Assembly (NCBI RefSeq): GCF_009914755.1
Contig: NC_060931.1
Reading direction: 5' to 3' (one strand)
Length of the DNA: 64,000 nucleotides
From: the human T2T-CHM13v2.0 reference genome, Homo sapiens
Each line of letters begins with the position of its first letter. Within the stretch, counting starts at the first letter, position 1. The position numbers and the translations under genes were made by a program. This document shows, piece by piece, positions 54,201 to 64,000 of the stretch. The notes beneath the pieces are model-generated. The model worked only from the letters and a program-made list of their open reading frames with translations. It made no database searches and had not been told where the DNA came from.

Positions 54201-55111
54201 CCTTTGCCCACTTTTTGATGGGGTTGTTTGTTTTTTCCTTGTAAATTTGTTTAAGTTCCTTGTAGTTTCTGGATCTACAAGAATCTACAAGATCTGGACC
54301 TGACCTTTGTCAGATGGGTAGGTTGCAAAAATTTTCTCCCGTTCTGTAGGTTGCCTGTTCACTCTGATGCTAGTTTCTTTTGCTATACAGAAGCTCTTTA
54401 GTTTAGTTAGATCCCATTTGTCAATTTTGGCTTTTGTTGCAATTGCTTTTGGTGTTTTAGTCATGAAGTCTTTGCCCATGCCTATGTCCTGAATGGTATT
54501 GCCTAGGTTTTCTTCTAGGATTTTTATGGTTTTGGATTTTACATTTAAGTCTTTAATCCATCTTGAGTTAGTTTTTTATAAGGTGTAAGGACAGGGTCCA
54601 GTTTCAGCTTTCTGTATATGGCTAGCCAGTCTTCCCAGCACCATTAAATAGAGAATCCTTACCCCATTGCTTGTTTTTGTCAGGTTTGTCGAAGATCAGA
54701 TGGTTGTAGATGTGTGGTGTTATTTCTGAGGTCTCTATTCTGTTCCATTGGTCTATGTATCTGTTTTGGTACCAGTACCATGCTGTTTTGGTTACTGTAG
54801 CCTTGTAGTATAGTTTGAAGTCAGGTAGCGTGATGCCTACAGCTTTGTTCTTTTTGCTTAGTATTGTCTTGGCTATACAGGCTCGTTTTTGGTTCCATAT
54901 GAAATTTAAAGTAGTTTTTCTAGTTCTGTGAAGAAAGTCAGTGGTAGCTTGTTGGAAATAGCATTGACTCTGTAAATTATTTTGGGTAGTATAGCCATTT
55001 TCACAATATTGATTCTTCCTATCTATGAGCATGGAATGTGTTTCCATTTGTTTGTGTACTCTCTTATTTCCTTGAGCAGTGGTTTGTAGTTCTCCTTGAA
55101 GAGGTACTTCA
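54201..55111 (-). mobile_element. Primate L1 (L1P) ORF2 fragment, decayed
   Basis: ORFs give [25 protein letters not shown] and [24 protein letters not shown]. Confidence 0.9.
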
Positions 55112-55678
55112 TGATTTATGAGAGTTTTTAAAAAGTTTTTGTCTGCTAAGTCCAACGTCTGGGCTTCCTAAGGGCTGATTTCCATCAATTTATTTTGTTA
55201 TTTTGGATACGTTCCTTTGTCTTGGCATGATTTGTGACTGTCATTGAAACATGGACATTTGAATATTGCAAGGTAGTAACTCTGGCATTTAGATGATACT
55301 TCTCATTGTTTGCTATGTGTCTGTGAGTGAGTGTGTTTTTAATCATTGAAGGCTGTAGTAGTACATACATTTAGTGACTTCCAAACTATTTTTGCAAAGA
55401 TTTATCATTTTCATGTGTGGTCACTGAAGTCTCTGATTCTTTTAGCTTGTGTTCAGCTCACATTTTGATAGAGATTTCCTTGAATACTAGGAGCTAAAAA
55501 TGGAAGAAAACACCTCTCCCAGTCTTTGAAGTTTGCCTTTGCACCACAGCTTTTCTTCAGCACTTAGCTGGGCCTGCACTGACCCTCGTAATCAGGCCAA
55601 GGTGAAAGCTTAGGTCTTTCTGAGCGAGCATCCTGCCCTGGACAAAGCCCGTGTAACACCTGAGTGCTTGTGACTGCC

Positions 55679-55773
55679 CTGCTTTCCCAGAGGAATTCTC
55701 CCCAGCTTTTCTGCTTTCCCAGAGGAATTCTCCCCAGCTTTTCTGCTTTCCCAGAGGAATTCTCCCCAGCTTT
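55679..55773. repeat. 32-bp tandem repeat x3 (ctgctttcccagaggaattctccccagctttt)
   Basis: Copies start at 55679, 55711 and 55743. Confidence 0.9.
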
Positions 55774-55794
55774 CCTTCTCGGATTTAGGAAGTC

Positions 55795-57267
<1,473 letters not shown>

Positions 57268-57519
57268 TGATCTGCCTGCCTCGGCCTCCCAAAGTGCTAG
57301 GCTAATTTTTTATTTTTAGTAGAGGTGGGGTTTCACCATGTTGGTCAGTCTAATCTAGAACTCCTGACCTCAGGTGATTCACCCGCCTTAGCCTCCCAAA
57401 GTGCTGGGATTACAGGCGTAAGCCACCATGCCCAGCCTTTTTTTTTTTTTTTTTTTTTTAATATGTTTCTGTTGGGTGATGGGAGCTTGGAGCTGTCTTA
57501 CTCTGCCCTTTTGCTGATA

Positions 57520-59095
<1,576 letters not shown>

Positions 59096-59318
59096 GTGGT
59101 GGCCCCCATCTCTACAAAAATTAAAGAGGCTGGGCACAGTGGCTCATGCCTGTAATCCTAGCAGGTCTTTGAGAGGCCGAGGTGGGCAGATCACCTGAGG
59201 TCAGCAGTTTGAGACCAGCCTGGCCAACATGGTGAAACCCAGTCTCTACTAAAAATACAAAAAAGTAGCCGAGTGTGGTGGCGGGTGCCTGTAATACCAG
59301 CTACTCTGCTGAGGCTCA

Positions 59319-59426
<108 letters not shown>

Positions 59427-60625
59427 TCAGTAAATAAATAAAGAAAAGACTACCTCATCCAGAAATGCCTTTATAGACACACCCATAAATAAATGTTCAA
59501 CCAAGTATCTGTGCACCCCATGGTCCCTTCAAGTTGACACTTGAAATTACCCATCACTCCAGCCTTCAGCCGTGGGTTTGTTTCATATATAGATTTCTAG
59601 AACTCCCTCTTTGCATAGTGCCCTCCTTTCTTTTTTCTGCCCCATTTCTCTGCCATTTCAGCCATCTCAGCCTGATCTCTGCCTCCTCAGCCCGGTGGGA
59701 TCTCCCTACTGTGCTCAGACTCCAGCTCTCTGCACTGCAGTTGGGAAATTATCCCCAGGTAGAGGAACTAGGTGACTTTGGGGCTCATCTCACAAGTTTC
59801 CTTACACTTAGGGATCAGTCTTTTGCTTCCTGTTGTCCTCTGCCTGAAAGTAGTTGCCAAGTTGTACTGTTTTATATATCCACAACAGCATGCGTTAAAC
59901 CAAAGTCTGGATCAGCAGACTGCCAGATTTTTTTAACAGCTTTATTAATCAATACATTTTGTCCATGTCTACAGTTGTTTATGGTAGGAGGACTAACCTA
60001 TAGCTGGAAAGATTAATTTTCAGCTGCTTTATAGTATTTTATTATATGAATTATACCAGTTTGCCCATCCTTGTGTTGATAAACATTACCCATGAAGTGT
60101 GTTCGAATTGTCTGTGATACAAATAATGCTTCAGTGACTATCTACCCAGAATGGGATTGTGGGTTTATAGGATACATACTTCTTCACCCTTATTTTTTAC
60201 TAGATATTGCCAAATTGCTTTCCAAATTGTGCTGTTTCATATATCCACAACGGCATGAGTTCTGTTTGTTCCACATCCATACCAAGACTTGATCTTGTTA
60301 AATTAATTTTTCTAGTGTGTAAATGAGTGCAAAATCCTGTTACTTTAGTCTTTACTAGATTACTAGTGAGGTTAAATGTATATGTGTATGTATATATATG
60401 CACATATGTGTATATTATTAGGTATTTGTGTTTCCCATTCAATAGCTTTTTTGTATCAATTGTCCTTTTTAAAAATTGGGTTATCTTTTTGTTATTGATT
60501 CTTTGGAGTTCTTTTTAAATTCTACTTACTAATCCCCTTTTGGTTATATGTATTAGAGTTGTTTTTCCCAGTCTTGGCTTGTCTTTTAGATGCATATCTT
60601 GTCTTTTCCCATATAGAAGTATTAA

Positions 60626-60742
<117 letters not shown>

Positions 60743-61384
60743 TGAGTAGTTGGTACTACAGGCACGTGGCACCAGGCAAATTTTTGTGTTTTTTTTTTTT
60801 TTATCAGAGACTGGGTTCTATCATGTTGCCTAGGCTGGTCTCGAACTCCTGAGCTCAAAGCGATCCGCCCACCTTGGCCTCCAAATGTGCTAGATTATGT
60901 GTAAGCCACCATGCCCGGCCCAGAAGTGCTAACTTTTAATGTAGTCATATTTATCTATATTTTCCTAAATGATTTGTGCCCTTTGTGTGTTCATCTCTTG
61001 AACTCTAAACACAGGAGTGCCCCGAGGGCTCAGGCTATGGACCTCTCTATTTACATTAATTCTCAGTCATCTTGCTTGGTTTCAGGACATCTGTACCCTG
61101 ACGGCTTTTATGTGTAGCTCCTCCACTTAACTCCAGCCACACACAATAGTTTAAAGAGCCCCTACTGACCTAGACACTATGTTTCTTCTTCCCCTGTTAC
61201 CCAGGTTTCTTGAGTAGGGAGTCTGCAGTCACTGCCTCCATTTCTTCACCTTCCAGTCACTGTTCAACCCAGGGCAGCCTGGCTTTTGTCCCACTAGTCT
61301 ACTGATACTGAGATTTTTTTCTTAAGCAACACAGCTCCCCCCCAACCCCCCCCCCCTTTTTTTTTCAAGTTAAGTCTTATGTGA

Positions 61385-62335
<951 letters not shown>

Positions 62336-63049
62336 TAAGTTTTTTTTTTTTGGTATTTTTATTAGAGACGGGGTTTCACCATGTTAGCCAGGATGGTCTC
62401 GATCTCCTGACCTTGTGATCCGCCCACCCCGGCCTCCCAAAGTGCTGGGATTACAGGCGTGAGCCACCGCGCCCGGCCTGAATTGCAATCTTCTACTTAC
62501 ACATCTTCCTAACTAAACAGTTTCTAAAGATCAGAGATCCTATATTTTCCCCCTTAATCTCTTTAATGTACATAAACAATGGAATGAATAAATCAATGAA
62601 TGAATGGCTGAGGAAACTGAACTACACCAAAGTGTATTGGCAGACTACCAGACTTTTTAAACAGCTTTATTAAGATATAATTCACATACCATGCAAATCA
62701 TAGGGTGGTGCAATCACCACCACAATCTAATTTTAAACTATCTTTATGGTGCTACAAAAAAGCCTATAACCATGACCAGTCACTTTCTATTCCCCACCCC
62801 CAAACCCACTCCCTAGCCCTAGGCAACCACTAATCTACCTTCTCAGACCGTTAACTTTAGCATAGGTATAAGTCGATCACAGAGCCACAAAATCCACCCG
62901 ATATCTGGGCCATGATGTGAAATTTGGTAGGTAATCGTCCCACGTTTTCAATTTGTAACATAGAAATGGAGGGGGGAGGGACTCACAACCGCTAGTAGCG
63001 TTTGTGAAAAGTACCTGGTAACAGGCTGTGCTGGAGGGGAATTCAGCCC

Positions 63050-63354
63050 CCATAAAAGATCACGGATTAGGAATTACGTAAGCATAGGTCTCGGGCCCTT
63101 TTATCTTGGACGCGATCCTTCCACGGGATCGCCTCCGGATGGATGTGGCGCTGGGAGCCACGCGGAAAACCTCAAGAGTCAGAAACAGGCGTTAAAGGCA
63201 GGCGGCATTTTCCAAACCAGTTGGGTCTCGGGCGCTGCCGGGCGGTAGCGTCTCCCGGAGTCGCGCGCGCATGACGTAGAGGGCGCGCGATGACGCGACG
63301 CGCGGCGCGGTGCACGCTGGGATATTTAAGTCTCCTCCGCGGCGCGGAGCCGCG
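63050..63354 (+). promoter_or_regulatory. POM121: POM121 canonical promoter (CpG island extends to the window end)
   Basis: High CpG density; CRE-like TGACGTA at 63272 and TGACGCG at 63291; bZIP palindrome TTACGTAA at 63074-63081; TATA-like TATTTAA at 63323. Confidence 0.8.
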
Positions 63355-63998
63355 ATGTCTCCGGCGGCTGCGGCGGCTGGAGCAGGCGAGCGGCGGCGGC
63401 CCATAGCGAGTGTCAGGGACGGCCGGGGCCGGGGCTGCGGCGGGCCGGCCAGGGCGGTGCTCCTGGGCCTGTCGCTGGTTGGCCTCTTACTGTACCTCGT
63501 GCCGGCTGCGGCTGCACTGGCCTGGCTGACCGTGGGGGCTACCGCGGCCTGGTGGGGACTGAGCCGCGAGCCCCGAGGTTCGCGCCCCTTGTCCTCCTTC
63601 GTTCGGAAGGCGCGTCATCGGCGCCCCTTGTCCTCCTTCGTTCGGAAGGCGCGTCATCGGCGAACACTGTTCGCTTCGCCTCTGGCCAAGTCGACAGCCA
63701 ACGGAAACCTCCTAGAGCCGCGGACCCTGCTCGAAGGACCTGACCCTGCGGAACTGCTACTCATGGGCAGTTACCTGGGCAAGCCCGGGCCGCCGCAGCC
63801 CGCCGCCGCTCCGGAGGGCCAGGACCTGCGGGATAGGCCTGGCCGCCGCCCACCTGCCCGCCCGGCGCCGCGCTCCCCACCGCCGCGCTCCCCACCGCCG
63901 CGCTCCCCCCCGCCCTCCCCGCCGACCCATCGCGCTCACCACGTTTACCCCTCTCTGCCCACTCCTCTTCTCCGACCCTCCAGGAGGCCTTCCCCACG
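63355..63998 (+). CDS. POM121: POM121 transmembrane nucleoporin, first coding exon (aa 1-214, TM region ~aa 34-69)
   Basis: Translates MSPAAAAAGAGERRRPIASVRDGRGRGCGGPARAVLLGLSLVGLLLYLVPAAAALAWLTVGATAAWWGL...RPSRRPSP, matching the recalled human POM121 N-terminus. 644 nt open; phase-2 donor GT at 63999-64000. Confidence 0.95.
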   Translation, partial: MSPAAAAAGAGERRRPIASVRDGRGRGCGGPARAVLLGLSLVGLLLYLVPAAAALAWLTVGATAAWWGLSREPRGSRPLSSFVRKARHRRPLSSFVRKARHRRTLFASPLAKSTANGNLLEPRTLLEGPDPAELLLMGSYLGKPGPPQPAAAPEGQDLRDRPGRRPPARPAPRSPPPRSPPPRSPPPSPPTHRAHHVYPSLPTPLLRPSRRPSP

Positions 63999-64000
63999 GT

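Noticed and set aside
54285-55155. Active retrotransposase gene
   Set aside because: Short, frameshifted L1 ORF2 fragment.
55679-55773. CRISPR-like 32-bp repeats
   Set aside because: No spacers, no cas genes, human context; a simple tandem repeat.

Overview
Human (hominoid) genomic DNA, very Alu-rich, recognisable from memory as the 7q11.23 segmental-duplication region upstream of POM121. Three gene modules are present. (1) A minus-strand Speedy/RINGO E-family gene (SPDYE7P-like, ~1.2-9.85 kb). Its first coding exon has a dead splice donor and its second has a frameshifting deletion, but the five downstream exons still splice into an intact 208-aa ORF. (2) A plus-strand, truncated copy of the 5' half of a KRAB zinc-finger gene (RBAK-like): a CpG-island promoter at ~17.5 kb, an MNTLQ start exon, a KRAB-A exon, and a KRAB-B exon with a mutated acceptor. 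No zinc-finger exon follows. This module fits the known upstream leader of the long, transmembrane-less POM121 transcript. (3) The canonical POM121 CpG-island promoter and first coding exon (63355-63998, contains the TM segment), missed by the ORF track because it has no stop in the window. The rest is intronic or intergenic: many Alus, old L1/L2 fragments, solo LTRs (MER4, MER11, LTR13, MaLR), a MER75B piggyBac relic and one strong CTCF motif. The best novel candidate is a KRAB-A-only microprotein uORF in the captured POM121 leader. Family names come from recalled consensus and protein sequences, not database searches.
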